A stretch of DNA of 64,000 bases from Deltaproteobacteria bacterium ADurb.Bin151 (GCA_002070455.1 MWDG01000001.1:240-64239); one strand, 5' to 3'; counted from the stretch's first letter, positions 27,050 to 37,475 are shown. A program made the numbers and translations. Notes: a model not told the origin generated them from the sequence alone.

Positions 27050-27130
27050 TATGCGAAGCTGATGTGTAAAACCGATGGGTAAAACTGAGGAGTCCGCTAT
27101 CCTTCAGGACGGGTGGAATGATCAGGCTTC

Positions 27131-27682
27131 TTATGTCTTCTCAAAATGGTGATAGTCTTTAGGCTGTTCAAAGTTTCCTCCCCAGTGCCATCCCCGCTGG
27201 AGAAATTCACGAACAACGGGATGATCTGCGGTGAACGTGCCGCGGTTTGCCGGACGATAAACGGCTCCGGCGGGTGCGATCAGTCCGGTGGGATAAATCA
27301 CGGGATTCTGTAAGGGATTGATGTCCACGGCGCGCCCGAAAGAATGGAGAGACAGTTTGTTGGTGTCAGCGATGACACGGAAGTTGAATGCGGAAGAATT
27401 ATTGTCCGCCATGGAATCACCGTCTTCCCAGCGGTAAGAAACAATGGGGATCACTTTGCCAACTGGAAATTTCAGTCTGTCGATTAGTTCAAATATTTCG
27501 TAGATGTCGTCTTCAAGCCTTGCATCAACAAGGATCTGCCCCTGATGACGCAGGCCGTCAAAAGAATAGTAATACACGTCAATCATGGACAGAGAGTCTA
27601 TGATTTCAAGAGGTGCCGTGGAACCTTCAATGGCTGCAGCAAAACTCATAGCGCTGTCGATAATGATATCATCATCCGGCAT
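27131..27682 (-). CDS. Peptidase M15 (LAS-type, VanX / L-Ala-D-Glu peptidase-like) protein without a signal peptide
   Basis: 183 aa. SLHSFGRAVDINP (H-x-x-G-x-A-x-D) and WHWGGNFEQPKDYHHFE motifs. The N-terminus [10 protein letters not shown] is not a leader. Its start codon overlaps the upstream stop by 1 nt (TAATG). Confidence 0.7.
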   Translation of the reverse strand: MPDDDIIIDSAMSFAAAIEGSTAPLEIIDSLSMIDVYYYSFDGLRHQGQILVDARLEDDIYEIFELIDRLKFPVGKVIPIVSYRWEDGDSMADNNSSAFNFRVIADTNKLSLHSFGRAVDINPLQNPVIYPTGLIAPAGAVYRPANRGTFTADHPVVREFLQRGWHWGGNFEQPKDYHHFEKT

Positions 27683-30093
27683 TATGTAAACTCCTTGAGT
27701 ATTATCCCGAGCATTTCCTCGTTGAGCGAGACTTCGTTATAGATTGCGCTCAGAGTGCTGCAGGAAAGATGTTCAAAATCCGACAGCCGCGGTGTGATCA
27801 CAACACCGGCCATGTCAATGGCGCCCGGGGAAATAAATATATTCTTTTTGCCCTTGGCAAAGTAAGCGTCGGGACGATGCTTCCGGCGCAGGAAAATGGT
27901 CAGTCGCCAGGTCTTTCCGGCGTAAGAACAAATGACATTCACCGGTGGTTCATCCCTTTTTGCCAGGATTTTCCGCGCAGCTTTTACGAAACGGTTGAAT
28001 TGCTTCATCAAAGCGGCCGCATTGCCGGATTCCATAACAATGACAGCACGATCAAATTGTTTTCCTGCTGTGATTTGAACGGAAGAGGCGGCCTTGGTCA
28101 GGGGGAGTTTGTTGAATCGGGCCAGAAACGGCAGGACGTTGGATGGAATCATCTGGAAATGAGCGTGATCGGGCGCGGAAGCTCCGCAAAACGGACCGTT
28201 GTAGAAAACGATATAATCCGGCCCAACATCGGCGGAAAGCTTCAGGAGCCGATCCAGAGATGAGACAATGTTCTGTGGCCGGTGCCGGAGGGTGACAATC
28301 GTAAAGTGCCGGTTAAAGATCGGGGCTGGATTACACAGGATAAGAAAATCATCCCTGTATAATATGGCTTGTTGGGCGTCAGGCAGGTTTTTCCGGCATA
28401 GAAAACAGGGGCGTTTTTTTATGGACTCCCTGTCCACCGCAGCGCCGCCGCTTACCGCACGTGCGGGATTGTATTGCAGCGTGATGGTATATCTGCCGCA
28501 TGAGAGCTGTCTGGTCTTTATGTTTTTCAGGTCCCGGCAGGCAGCCGCAAACTCGGGCCATGTTTCTTTCTGGCGATGATCAAGATCCCGGCAGAGAGCA
28601 GGTAGCGAGATGTTTCCCGATCCCGTGAAACTGGCAGAAACGGGATTCAGCTGAATGGACCGGGACGCCGTCTGAATTGGCCGGCCTTCGTTGATCAGCT
28701 GGCGGGCGCGCAGTTCCATCGTTCGTAGCCTGTCTTTGTAATAGTCATTTTGGTTTTGCCGTTCGACGGAAAGACCTGCGTCGGTATTATCTGCCCACCG
28801 ACGGCACAGATAGAGGCTTTCGTAAATTCTGCCGACTTTGAACTCCCGTGTTATCTGCAGGGCCACCGCGTAATCCTCCCCATAACTCACATTGGGGAAG
28901 CCGAACCGGCGCAGGACATTTGTATTAAAAGCCCTCGGTGCGCCCATTCCGTTGATCCGAAGCAGATTGTTATGGCCGTTTTGGGAGGTCCATTCCCGGT
29001 GATCAATGAGCCCGGGCGGAATCTCTCTCTGCCGTTGGTCTACCAGAGTATAGGAGCCGACGGCCATTGCGTATTTTCCCCTGCGCAGAGTATTGATCAT
29101 GGTTTGCAGAGATTTTGGTGAACTGTAAACGTCGTCGGAATCCAGTTGAACCGTGTACCGTCCGCAGTGGGGTGAATAAATCGCTTCATTCCAGCAACCG
29201 CCAATGCCCAGGTCGCGTCGTTTGGGTACCAGATGCCGCAGGTTGGGATGTTTTGCCGAAAATTTTTTTATAATTATTGCTGTCTTGTCCGTCGAATGGT
29301 TGTCAACGACAATGACATTAAAAGGGAAATTCGTTTTCTGACAGAGGGCACTTTGAAGCGCATCGGCAATCGTTTTTTCGCGGTTGAGCACCGGAATGAC
29401 AATGCTGGCTTCCCATGGAAAGTCCGCCGATTCCTGAGTCGCTTTTTTTGTTCGTGCCGGTAAATACGCGCCGATACGTTTCAAATGCTGCGTCGCAATT
29501 TTTTCAAACTTTTTCTGGCGGGCAAAATTTTCTTTTGCGACATAGTGAAAATGTGTTTCTGACTTTCCATTTTTTTTCTTCTGCTGTTTTTTGATGGACG
29601 CTGTATAAAGGAATTCCGGCAGATGGAGAATGACCGAGTCAAGAGAAATTTTGAGTCGCAAATCATAAAGAGCGGTGTCCGGATCGGATCCGGGCGCACC
29701 GTATTTTTTCATGGCGGCTTGAATTGCATTGGAGGAAAGAATGAAAAAATGACCAAAGTTGAAATCATCGCGGATCGATCCCGGTTGGCAGTCGTTAAGC
29801 GGATGGGCAGCGCGGCCATTGGCAGTGGTTGTAAGAAAGTCCGGGTAAACGATCCCTGCTCCGGTCTCCCGGGCAACGGTAAAGAGTCTTTGCAGGGAGT
29901 GCTCCGGGCATAGCACGTCCACACCGGAATCAACGGCCAGCAGATAACCAGAAGAAAGTTTACGGAAGAATGAAGATGGCTGTCGTGTTTCTTTGATGAT
30001 GGATGATTCAGACGGCCAGCGCTCCGCGGCCTGTTTTTCATCCGAGGCGCAAAAGAGAAAAAATCGCCCTGATTGATAAATCGAAGGTTTCAT
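27682..30093 (-). CDS. Three-domain fusion: degenerate GT-A-like N-domain, glycosyltransferase family 2 domain, and a DUF4922/GalT-type HIT (HxHxQ) nucleotidyl-transferase/phosphorylase-like C-domain
   Basis: 803 aa. GT2: [23 protein letters not shown]...[12 protein letters not shown]...QLDSDDVY. C-terminal: [15 protein letters not shown]...[11 protein letters not shown]...[15 protein letters not shown]-terminal ~190 aa contain YDLRLKIS but no clear DxD. Confidence 0.7.
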   Translation of the reverse strand: MKPSIYQSGRFFLFCASDEKQAAERWPSESSIIKETRQPSSFFRKLSSGYLLAVDSGVDVLCPEHSLQRLFTVARETGAGIVYPDFLTTTANGRAAHPLNDCQPGSIRDDFNFGHFFILSSNAIQAAMKKYGAPGSDPDTALYDLRLKISLDSVILHLPEFLYTASIKKQQKKKNGKSETHFHYVAKENFARQKKFEKIATQHLKRIGAYLPARTKKATQESADFPWEASIVIPVLNREKTIADALQSALCQKTNFPFNVIVVDNHSTDKTAIIIKKFSAKHPNLRHLVPKRRDLGIGGCWNEAIYSPHCGRYTVQLDSDDVYSSPKSLQTMINTLRRGKYAMAVGSYTLVDQRQREIPPGLIDHREWTSQNGHNNLLRINGMGAPRAFNTNVLRRFGFPNVSYGEDYAVALQITREFKVGRIYESLYLCRRWADNTDAGLSVERQNQNDYYKDRLRTMELRARQLINEGRPIQTASRSIQLNPVSASFTGSGNISLPALCRDLDHRQKETWPEFAAACRDLKNIKTRQLSCGRYTITLQYNPARAVSGGAAVDRESIKKRPCFLCRKNLPDAQQAILYRDDFLILCNPAPIFNRHFTIVTLRHRPQNIVSSLDRLLKLSADVGPDYIVFYNGPFCGASAPDHAHFQMIPSNVLPFLARFNKLPLTKAASSVQITAGKQFDRAVIVMESGNAAALMKQFNRFVKAARKILAKRDEPPVNVICSYAGKTWRLTIFLRRKHRPDAYFAKGKKNIFISPGAIDMAGVVITPRLSDFEHLSCSTLSAIYNEVSLNEEMLGIILKEFT

Positions 30094-30116
30094 GAAGCCT
30101 CGCGAAGGGAGGAATT

Positions 30117-30650
30117 TTAAAAATCAGCCATCATCATATTGAAAGCATTTTCCGTCGTGTCCTGGGCCAGTTTGGAAAGAGCCTGTTTTCTGGCAGGTAG
30201 GGGGTTGGTATCGTCAATCAGTCTGTAATCCACGGTACCGACGATATTTCGCGAAGACCAGATGGTTTTCCCTGTGTCTTTTTCACGGAAACTGGCTTCG
30301 AGGATAACAGTCATCCTCTCTTCGGCCGCCAGCAGGTTGTCCCGGTAGGAGAGTGTGCTTGTGCTGATATTAAGAATGTTGCCGCTGATCACCGCGTCCG
30401 CCTGTTCGATGTCCGAAACGGTTTGAAAGCGGTTGCTCTGGATAACCTGGTCAATAAATGCGGAGCGCATGTAATTTTCCACTTCGGCCAGGGCTGTTCT
30501 GTTGCCGAAAGGTGCCACATAGACATTTTGTATACGGCTGTCGATGTGTTCGCCCTGAGGGGCGAATGTATACCCACAGCCGAAAATGACCAACACGATC
30601 AGAAGGGTCAACCCTGATTTTATCGCTGACAAGAAGTTTTGTTTTTTCAT
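30117..30650 (-). CDS. lptE: LPS-assembly lipoprotein LptE-like
   Basis: 177 aa. Lipobox VIFGCGY. Sits immediately downstream of leuS, the conserved proteobacterial leuS-lptE synteny. Confidence 0.65.
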   Translation of the reverse strand: MKKQNFLSAIKSGLTLLIVLVIFGCGYTFAPQGEHIDSRIQNVYVAPFGNRTALAEVENYMRSAFIDQVIQSNRFQTVSDIEQADAVISGNILNISTSTLSYRDNLLAAEERMTVILEASFREKDTGKTIWSSRNIVGTVDYRLIDDTNPLPARKQALSKLAQDTTENAFNMMMADF

Positions 30651-30663
30651 GGATGGTTCCTGC

Positions 30664-33246
30664 TTACGGTTTTATTACAATATTCACCAGTTTTTTGGGG
30701 ACGTATATCACTTTTACAATCGTTGCGTCTTTGAGCATCGCCACAATTTTTTCATCAGCCTGCGCATCAGCCTTTATTTTTTCGCCATCTTCATCAACCG
30801 GGACAGTCATCCGGCTGCGCAGCTTGCCGTTGATTTGAATCACGATGGTCATTTCTTCTTCACTGGCGATCGCTGGATCAAAGTCGGGCCAGGGCATTTC
30901 GGCTACAGATATTTGATTCCCCATTATTTGCCAGAGTTCTTCCGTGATATGCGGAACGATCGGCGCCAAAAGCAGGACAGCCGATTCCAGCGCTTCACGG
31001 ATGACCGCCAGCGCATTCCGGTCGTTTTTTGCCGGTCGTTCGACAGCGTAGAGTGTATTGACCAGTTCCATCACAGCGCTGATTGCGGTGTTGAAATGGA
31101 AGCGGTCTTCAATGTCCATGGTGACCTTGCGGATGGTCTGGTGCGTTTTTCGTCGCAAGGCCTTGAGATCTCCTTGGGCCGACAAGGCTTCTTTTGGGGG
31201 TGCTGAAACCGTTTTGATATCTTCCAGATAATCGTCAATGATTCTCCACAGACGCGAAAGAAAGCGGAAAGATCCATCCACGCCCTGCGAGCTCCATTCC
31301 AGGTCCTTTTCCGGAGGCGAGGCAAATAGACAGAAAATCCTTGCTGTGTCGGCGCCGTAACGCTGAATAAGATCATCCGGGTCAATTACATTTTTGAGTG
31401 ATTTGGACATCTTTTCCGTTTTGCCGATGATGACATCCTTTCTGCAGATGTGGCACTTGCCATCGGTGGCCTGTTCGGGGAAAAGATAGCCGTGTTCCGG
31501 GCATTTCATGGTTTCTTTGCAGACCATGCCCTGTGTCAGAAGGTTGGTAAAGGGTTCGTCTACACCGATAACGCCGAAGTCGCGCAATACTTTGGTGTAA
31601 AACCGCGAGTAAAGCAGATGCAGAATCGCGTGTTCGATGCCGCCAATGTACTGATCAACCGGCATCCAGTAATCGAGGGTTCTGCGGTCCAGACCCGGCT
31701 TTTCGTCATAATCAGGACAGCAGTAGCGATCGAAATACCAGGACGACTCCACAAACGTGTCCATGGTGTCGGTTTCTCTGGAAGCTTTCCCTCCGCAACT
31801 GGGGCAGACCGTATTGACAAATTCGGGAAGCGCAGCCAGGGGAGAACCGCCCTCCGGACTGAAGACGACATTTTCGGGTAGGACAACCGGAAGATCTTCC
31901 TCTTTTACAGGAACGATCCCGCATTTGTCGCAGTTGATCATGGGAATGGGGGCTCCCCAATAGCGCTGACGTGAAATGCCCCAGTCGCGGAGACGATACT
32001 GGATGGTTCGGCGGCCTTTTCCCTGGGATTCCAGGAAATCAGCGATAGCCTCCAGAACCTTCGTGTTTTCCATGCCGTCAAATTGACCGGAATTGACCAG
32101 AATTCCTTCATCCACGTATGCTTCGGTCATAGTTGCCGGATCCAGTGTCCTGTCTTTTGGGGAAATGACAACTATCAGCGGAAGGTTAAATTTTTTGGCA
32201 AATTCGAAGTCCCGTTGATCGTGCGTGGGAACGGCCATCACGCAGCCTGTTCCATAATCGGCCAGAACAAAATTGGCAGCGTAAATCGGCATTTCCCGTC
32301 CGGTGAGCGGATTTTTGCAATAGGAATCCAGAAACAGACCTTCCTTTTCATAATACTCGGAGGTCCGCATGAGCTTGTCCTGTTTTTTGACCTTTTCAAC
32401 AAATGACCGGACATTGCTTTCGCAGGGTTTCCCTTTGGCCAGCTCCATGACCAGTGGGTGTTCGGCGGCGATCAGCATAAACGTCGCGCCGAAAAGGGTG
32501 TCCTGTCGGGTCGTGAAGACTTTAATTGCTCCTTTACCGTTGGCCATGGGAAAATCTACTTCACAGCCGTAGCTTTTGCCGATCCAGTTTTTCTGCATCG
32601 TCATGACGCGTTCCGGCCAGCCGGGCAGTTTGTCACAGTATTCAAGCAGTTCATTGATATAGGCGGTGATCTTAAAAAACCACTGATCGAGGACTTTTTC
32701 TGTCACTTCCGTGCCGCAGCGCCAGCAAAGGCCGCCTTCGACCTGTTCGTTTGCCAGAACCGTATCGCATTTGGTGCAGAAATTGACGCTGGAGCGTTTT
32801 TTATAGGCCAGGCCTTTTTCGTACATCCAGATAAAAAAGAGCTGCTCCCATCGGTAGTATTTGGGGTCGCATGTGGCGATTTCCCTGTCCCAGTCGTAGC
32901 TGAAGCCCATGCGCTTGAGCTGTTTACGCATGTGACTGATGTTTTCATAGGTCCACTTTGCCGGATGGATTTTATGCTCGATGGCGGCATTTTCCGCCGG
33001 CATACCGAAGGAATCCCAGCCCATGGGATGCAGGACATTGAATCCCCGCATGCGCTTGTAGCGGGCGACCACATCGCCGATGGTGTAATTACGGACATGA
33101 CCGATATGAATTTTGCCGGAAGGATAGGGAAACATTTCCAGCAGATAGTATTTTTTCTTATGAGGATCTTTGGTGACTTTAAAGGATTTATCCTGCTCCC
33201 ACTTCTTTTGCCATTTTTCTTCGATGGCAATCGGTTCGTACTTCAT
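30664..33246 (-). CDS. leuS: Leucine--tRNA ligase
   Basis: [16 protein letters not shown] start at 33246. [12 protein letters not shown] (HIGH) and KMSKS motifs. The track start 33294 adds 16 non-conserved residues. Confidence 0.95.
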   Translation of the reverse strand: MKYEPIAIEEKWQKKWEQDKSFKVTKDPHKKKYYLLEMFPYPSGKIHIGHVRNYTIGDVVARYKRMRGFNVLHPMGWDSFGMPAENAAIEHKIHPAKWTYENISHMRKQLKRMGFSYDWDREIATCDPKYYRWEQLFFIWMYEKGLAYKKRSSVNFCTKCDTVLANEQVEGGLCWRCGTEVTEKVLDQWFFKITAYINELLEYCDKLPGWPERVMTMQKNWIGKSYGCEVDFPMANGKGAIKVFTTRQDTLFGATFMLIAAEHPLVMELAKGKPCESNVRSFVEKVKKQDKLMRTSEYYEKEGLFLDSYCKNPLTGREMPIYAANFVLADYGTGCVMAVPTHDQRDFEFAKKFNLPLIVVISPKDRTLDPATMTEAYVDEGILVNSGQFDGMENTKVLEAIADFLESQGKGRRTIQYRLRDWGISRQRYWGAPIPMINCDKCGIVPVKEEDLPVVLPENVVFSPEGGSPLAALPEFVNTVCPSCGGKASRETDTMDTFVESSWYFDRYCCPDYDEKPGLDRRTLDYWMPVDQYIGGIEHAILHLLYSRFYTKVLRDFGVIGVDEPFTNLLTQGMVCKETMKCPEHGYLFPEQATDGKCHICRKDVIIGKTEKMSKSLKNVIDPDDLIQRYGADTARIFCLFASPPEKDLEWSSQGVDGSFRFLSRLWRIIDDYLEDIKTVSAPPKEALSAQGDLKALRRKTHQTIRKVTMDIEDRFHFNTAISAVMELVNTLYAVERPAKNDRNALAVIREALESAVLLLAPIVPHITEELWQIMGNQISVAEMPWPDFDPAIASEEEMTIVIQINGKLRSRMTVPVDEDGEKIKADAQADEKIVAMLKDATIVKVIYVPKKLVNIVIKP

Positions 33247-33354
33247 AAATATGGTATGCTCCCCAATGGTAATAATCGGCAATTTGTCTAACATATCGGC
33301 CTGGTGCTTGCAATGCCTTTGTTCAGGCTAATGTGCGGGCCTTATCATTGCCCA

Positions 33355-33388
33355 ATAAAAAAGCCGGGGGTAGGCTCCCGGCTTTTAC
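33355..33388 (-). terminator. Rho-independent terminator downstream of the TetR gene
   Basis: Stem agccggg (33362-33368) / cccggct (33377-33383). On the - strand it is followed by TTTTTT (complement of aaaaaa 33356-33361). Confidence 0.7.
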
Positions 33389-33409
33389 TTTCATCTGTTA
33401 CAAAGACCA

Positions 33410-34036
33410 TCAGGCCAATACCGATTTTAAAATCTGTTTTTCAAGAAGATCGATCAGTTTTTCTTTGGAATATTTTTTCATATTCCAGCGACGCAGGGCG
33501 CGCAGGGATAACTGGTAAATAATCATGTTGGCTGTAAATGATGCGTCCTCAAAATGAAACACTTTTCTTGCTTTTCCCTTTTTAAGGATTTCTTCCAGGT
33601 AGGAGACCACCTTGCTTTCCCTGGCCAGAATAATTTTAAGCAGACGTTTTGAAAGGGCTTTTGATTCCCGGTATAAAAGAAGGATTTCATCGGCGTAGTC
33701 ATAACTGTAATAAATGAATTCATGAATCAGCGTCTTGAGCTGTTCGAGGGGATCGTCCACCGTCATCAATCCTTCCTGTTCGAAGAGCTCTTCCTCCCGT
33801 TTGTGGATCATTTCAAAAACAAGGAAAAGAATATCCTCCTTGCTTTTAATGAAGTAGTACAAATTCCGGATATCAATGCCTGTCGCTCTGGAAATTTCCC
33901 GCATGGATGTCTGAACATACCCTTTTTTCATGAAAAGTTTTGTGGCTTTTTTAATGATCTGCATTTGTCTTTTCTGAAACAGAACGTTGGTTTTTCGTGG
34001 CTTGGATTTAGGTTCAGACAATGTTTTTTTTCTCAT
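33410..34036 (-). CDS. TetR/AcrR-family transcriptional regulator
   Basis: 208 aa. N-terminal HTH IIKKATKLFMKKGYVQTSMREISRATGIDIRNLYYFIKSKEDIL. Confidence 0.85.
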   Translation of the reverse strand: MRKKTLSEPKSKPRKTNVLFQKRQMQIIKKATKLFMKKGYVQTSMREISRATGIDIRNLYYFIKSKEDILFLVFEMIHKREEELFEQEGLMTVDDPLEQLKTLIHEFIYYSYDYADEILLLYRESKALSKRLLKIILARESKVVSYLEEILKKGKARKVFHFEDASFTANMIIYQLSLRALRRWNMKKYSKEKLIDLLEKQILKSVLA

Positions 34037-34149
34037 GGATTTTTTACAACCCTTTCAGAAATCGCTGTACATTTTTATAACAAAAATACCCCATCTGTCA
34101 ATATAAATTGAAAAAATCGCTTGACAAAATTATCAGGGCAAAATAATTC

Positions 34150-34171
34150 ATACAACGAATGATAGTTGTAT
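34150..34171. promoter_or_regulatory. Candidate TetR operator: inverted repeat atacaac-N8-gttgtat in the tetR / hbd divergent region
   Basis: Direct reading. The 7-bp arms lie just downstream of a TTGACA (34121-34126). No experimental or comparative support. Confidence 0.3.
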
Positions 34172-34243
34172 TTTATCATCTTGGAAAAAGGGTTGTTTTT
34201 CATAACTTTTTCAACAAAAATCCATGAAAGCGAGGATCAAAAG

Positions 34244-35113
34244 ATGAAGATTGAAGACGTGAAGAATGTGTGTGTTGTTGGTGCCGGTAACATGGGACAT
34301 CAGATTGCGCTGCAGTGCGCACTTTCCGGCTTTAAAACCGTCAGTACGGATGTCATTCCGGCCGTTTTGGAAAAAGCGGAGAAATTTGTAGATACCTATC
34401 TGGCAGGCCGCGTACAGAAAGGGAAAATGACAGAAGATACGGCAAAGGCGGCCCGTGCAAGAATCTCCTTTACCGGGGATTTGAAGGAAGCCGCGAAAGA
34501 CGCTGACGTTGTAATCGAAGCCGTTTTGGAAAGAATCGATCTGAAAAGGAAAGTATTTGCCGAGCTGGACAAATATGCGCCGCCTGACGCCATTCTGGCT
34601 AGCAACAGCTCTTTCATTGTGAGCTCCAGAATTGCCGATGCCACAAAAAGGCCCTCCCAGGTATGCAATCTCCACTTCTTCAACCCTGCCCTGGTGATGA
34701 AACTGGTGGAAGTGGTCCAGGGGCCCCATGTTTCGGATGAAACGGCCAAGTGCATGATGGATTTCTGCCTCAAGATCGATAAAGTCCCCATCCATATCAG
34801 GAAGGAGGTCGATGGATTCGTTTTAAACCGGATTTTCAGTGTGATTCACAAAGAGGCACTCTGGATGCTGGAAATGGGCGTGGCTTCTTTTGAAGATATC
34901 GACAAGGCATGCGTCTATGGCGCCGGTCATCCGATGGGGCCTTTCCGTTTGCTGGACCTGACCGGTATTGATCTGGCCTATGATATCGGCATGAGCCACT
35001 TTTACGAAACCGGCAACCCCGCCGATCTGCCATCTCCCAGTATTGTGAAACGTTACACAGAAGGCAAATACGGTCAGAAAACGGGTGAAGGCTGGTACAG
35101 CTACAAGAAATAA
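34244..35113 (+). CDS. 3-hydroxyacyl-CoA (3-hydroxybutyryl-CoA) dehydrogenase
   Basis: MKIEDVKNVCVVGAGNMGHQIA start at 34244. Also NSSFIVSS and HFFNPA motifs. Confidence 0.85.
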   Translation: MKIEDVKNVCVVGAGNMGHQIALQCALSGFKTVSTDVIPAVLEKAEKFVDTYLAGRVQKGKMTEDTAKAARARISFTGDLKEAAKDADVVIEAVLERIDLKRKVFAELDKYAPPDAILASNSSFIVSSRIADATKRPSQVCNLHFFNPALVMKLVEVVQGPHVSDETAKCMMDFCLKIDKVPIHIRKEVDGFVLNRIFSVIHKEALWMLEMGVASFEDIDKACVYGAGHPMGPFRLLDLTGIDLAYDIGMSHFYETGNPADLPSPSIVKRYTEGKYGQKTGEGWYSYKK

Positions 35114-35141
35114 ATAACAAAAATATCATGGGGGAGGAATT

Positions 35142-36350
35142 ATGAACAGGGAAGTTGTATTTGCAGGCGGAATCAGAACCGCCTTTGGCACGCTGGGGAG
35201 AACGCTGCGGAACATGATGGGCGAAGAACTGGCCGGACTTGCCATGAAGGGTCTTTTGGAAAAGACGAAGGTTCTGGAAAAAGGAGGCGTGGTGGATTCG
35301 GTTTTTATGGGATCGGCCATTGGCGGCAACACGGCAATCAACCCGGCACGCTGGGCAGTTCTGGCCTCGGGGCTTCCGGATACTACGTCGGCTTCTTATA
35401 TTGAAATGCAATGCGGTTCAGCAATTGACTCCATCAATCATGCTGCGTGGAAAATTCTGGCAGGTCAGGCCGATATTATGATTGCAGGCGGGTTTGAATC
35501 CTACAGCCAGGCTCCGTGCCGGTTTCCGATGACCACGGAACCTTTCCGCATGATTCCTCCGATGCCGATTGCCTATTCACTTGCTCCTTCGAGGGACGCT
35601 GCTACGATGAACATGGGCTTTACGGCAGAAAAGCTCCAGCAGATGTATAATATTTCCCGGGAGGCGCAGGATGAATTTTCTTATCGGAGTCAGCAGCGTG
35701 CTAAAAATGCGATCGAATCCGGTTTCTGCGCCGAGGACATTCTGCCGATCATGGTGCCTCAGGGCAAGAAACCCGCGATCGAGTTCAAAGTGGATGAATT
35801 TCCCCGCCCTGAAACCACGATGGAAGGTCTTGCCAAACTTCCGCCGGCTTTCGTCAAAGACGGAACGGTTACAGCCGGCAATTCTTCCGGCCGCAATGAC
35901 GGTGCTGCTTTCGTTTTGATGATGACCAGAGAAAAAGCCGAACAGTTGGGGTTGGCGCCCTGGGCCAAATGGCTGGCCGGCGGTGACTGCGGTGTTGATC
36001 CAAAAATCATGGGGATTGCTCCGGCGTATTCCGTGCCTCTCGCGCTCAAAAAAGCCGGCTTAAAATTGAGTCAGATGGATGTGATGGAATGCAATGAGGC
36101 GTTTGCTGTCCAGAACCTGGCTGTGGCCGCCGAACTGGAAAAACAGACGGGAGAGAAAGTGGATTGGGAAAAGTGGAACCCGAACGGCGGCGCAATATCT
36201 TTCGGTCATCCAAACGGCGCTTCCGGTGCCCGTATCGGTATCTTCACCATGCGTGAGCTGATGAAAAAAGGTAGCAGGTACGGATGCTTCAGTTCCTGTT
36301 GCGGAGGAGGCTTGGGCGTAGCCACGGTTATAGAGAACCTGCAGGTTTGA
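35142..36350 (+). CDS. Acetyl-CoA C-acyltransferase (thiolase)
   Basis: 402 aa. QCGSAIDSIN (active Cys), NPNGGAISFGHPNGASGAR and CCGGGLGVATVIE thiolase signatures. Confidence 0.9.
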   Translation: MNREVVFAGGIRTAFGTLGRTLRNMMGEELAGLAMKGLLEKTKVLEKGGVVDSVFMGSAIGGNTAINPARWAVLASGLPDTTSASYIEMQCGSAIDSINHAAWKILAGQADIMIAGGFESYSQAPCRFPMTTEPFRMIPPMPIAYSLAPSRDAATMNMGFTAEKLQQMYNISREAQDEFSYRSQQRAKNAIESGFCAEDILPIMVPQGKKPAIEFKVDEFPRPETTMEGLAKLPPAFVKDGTVTAGNSSGRNDGAAFVLMMTREKAEQLGLAPWAKWLAGGDCGVDPKIMGIAPAYSVPLALKKAGLKLSQMDVMECNEAFAVQNLAVAAELEKQTGEKVDWEKWNPNGGAISFGHPNGASGARIGIFTMRELMKKGSRYGCFSSCCGGGLGVATVIENLQV

Positions 36351-36404
36351 TTTTTTAAAAAATTCATATTCTTTGTGGACTCACGGGAGCTCCTGATTAC
36401 ATGA

Positions 36405-36444
36405 AAAAGCCCTGCCTTCAGCTGACAGAGGGCAGGGCTTTTTC
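36405..36444. terminator. Rho-independent terminator between the convergent thiolase and hsp20 genes
   Basis: Stem gccctgcc (36409-36416) / ggcagggc (36431-36438). Flanked by aaaaa upstream and ttttt downstream, so it is usable on both strands. Confidence 0.8.
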
Positions 36445-36447
36445 GGT

Positions 36448-36948
36448 TTAGGCCGCTTTGATCGGAACTTTCGTTCCCTTTGCCTTTGCTGTCTGGTTCT
36501 TGGGAACGGTGATGTTTAAGACACCGTTTTTAAAACTGGCTTCAGACTTATTGGCATCTGTTTCTGAAGAGAGTGGTATCACCCGGTTAAAGGAACCGTA
36601 TGAACGTTCCATGTAGTAGTAGTTTTTACTCTTGTCTTCTTTTTCTTCCTTCTTTTCTCCTTTGATTGTTACGGTATCATTGGTGACAGTGACTTCGATG
36701 TCCTTCTCCTCTACGCCGGGGAGCTCGGCGCGAATCGTAAATTCTTTGTCGCTTTCCTTTACATCGACAGACGGAATGAAAGCCGCGAATCCGCCGGTTT
36801 TGAGGGAACGAGGCACCATATCAAATCCGGAGAAAAAATCATCGAACAAACTATTCATCTGATGCTGCAAAGAATAGAAGGGATGATCAACATCACTTCT
36901 TTCCGGTCTTTGCACTGCCGGCAACAAATTTCTTATTCTCATGACCAT
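36448..36948 (-). CDS. Hsp20/alpha-crystallin-family small heat-shock protein (third of three)
   Basis: 166 aa. PSVDVKESDKEFTIRAELPGVEEKDIEV...ASFKNGVLNITVPK. Confidence 0.9.
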   Translation of the reverse strand: MVMRIRNLLPAVQRPERSDVDHPFYSLQHQMNSLFDDFFSGFDMVPRSLKTGGFAAFIPSVDVKESDKEFTIRAELPGVEEKDIEVTVTNDTVTIKGEKKEEKEDKSKNYYYMERSYGSFNRVIPLSSETDANKSEASFKNGVLNITVPKNQTAKAKGTKVPIKAA

Positions 36949-36985
36949 ATCCTCCTCTCTTTAAATTCTGAAATAAAAATTAAAT

Positions 36986-37061
36986 CTTTTTCCTTTAGCC
37001 TTTATCCTTTTTCCTTTTGCCTTTTTCCTTGAACCTTAGCCCTTGGCCCTTGAACCTTTTT
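36986..37061 (-). repeat. Phased heptamer array (CTTNNNC) x10-11 on the + strand, which reads (GNNNAAG)n on the sHSP mRNA; fills the spacer between the 2nd and 3rd hsp20 genes
   Basis: Direct reading from 36986: ctttttc ctttagc ctttatc ctttttc cttttgc ctttttc cttgaac cttagcc cttggcc cttgaac ctttttt. The array abuts the TAA of the upstream hsp20 (comp. 37064-37062). Confidence 0.85.
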
Positions 37062-37454
37062 TTACGCCGCTTTAATGGCAATCTTCTTCGGTTTTACCTT
37101 TTCCGCTTTCGGCAATTCCAGACGCAAAACGCCGTTTTTTACGGTTGCCACAATTTTATCGCGGTCAATTTCATCCGACAGAGTAAAAACCCTCTCGTAA
37201 TCGCCAATCTCATACTCCGAATACATCATGGTGGCATCATGAATCCGGCCGTTATCCACCCTTCCCGTGATCGTCAATACGTTTTTTTCCAGTTCAATAT
37301 CTACGGTCTTTTCGTCGACACCCGGCATATCGGCTAACAAAAACAGGGAATCTTTATTCTCGTATATATCCACTCGAGGCGCAAATACCTTGACATTGCG
37401 GATACGTTCCGTTGTCGGCGCGTTTTGAGTTTTTTGCATTTCTTGTTCTGCCAT
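37062..37454 (-). CDS. Hsp20/alpha-crystallin-family small heat-shock protein (second of three)
   Basis: 130 aa. PRVDIYENKDSLFLLADMPGVDEKTVDI...ATVKNGVLRLELPK. Confidence 0.9.
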   Translation of the reverse strand: MAEQEMQKTQNAPTTERIRNVKVFAPRVDIYENKDSLFLLADMPGVDEKTVDIELEKNVLTITGRVDNGRIHDATMMYSEYEIGDYERVFTLSDEIDRDKIVATVKNGVLRLELPKAEKVKPKKIAIKAA

Positions 37455-37475
37455 GGAAGTATACCTCCTTTCCTT

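Noticed and set aside
33247-33294. N-terminal extensions proposed by the ORF track for leuS, gap (12602-12658), lepB (8956-9039), hbd (34166-34243), PNPOx (4471-4572), the VIT protein (61826-61870), nagB-like (51358-51387) and the epimerase (19226-19246)
   Set aside because: In most cases the internal ATG is preceded by a recognisable Shine-Dalgarno sequence. The family-conserved N-terminus begins at the internal Met. Some of the long versions overlap upstream genes.
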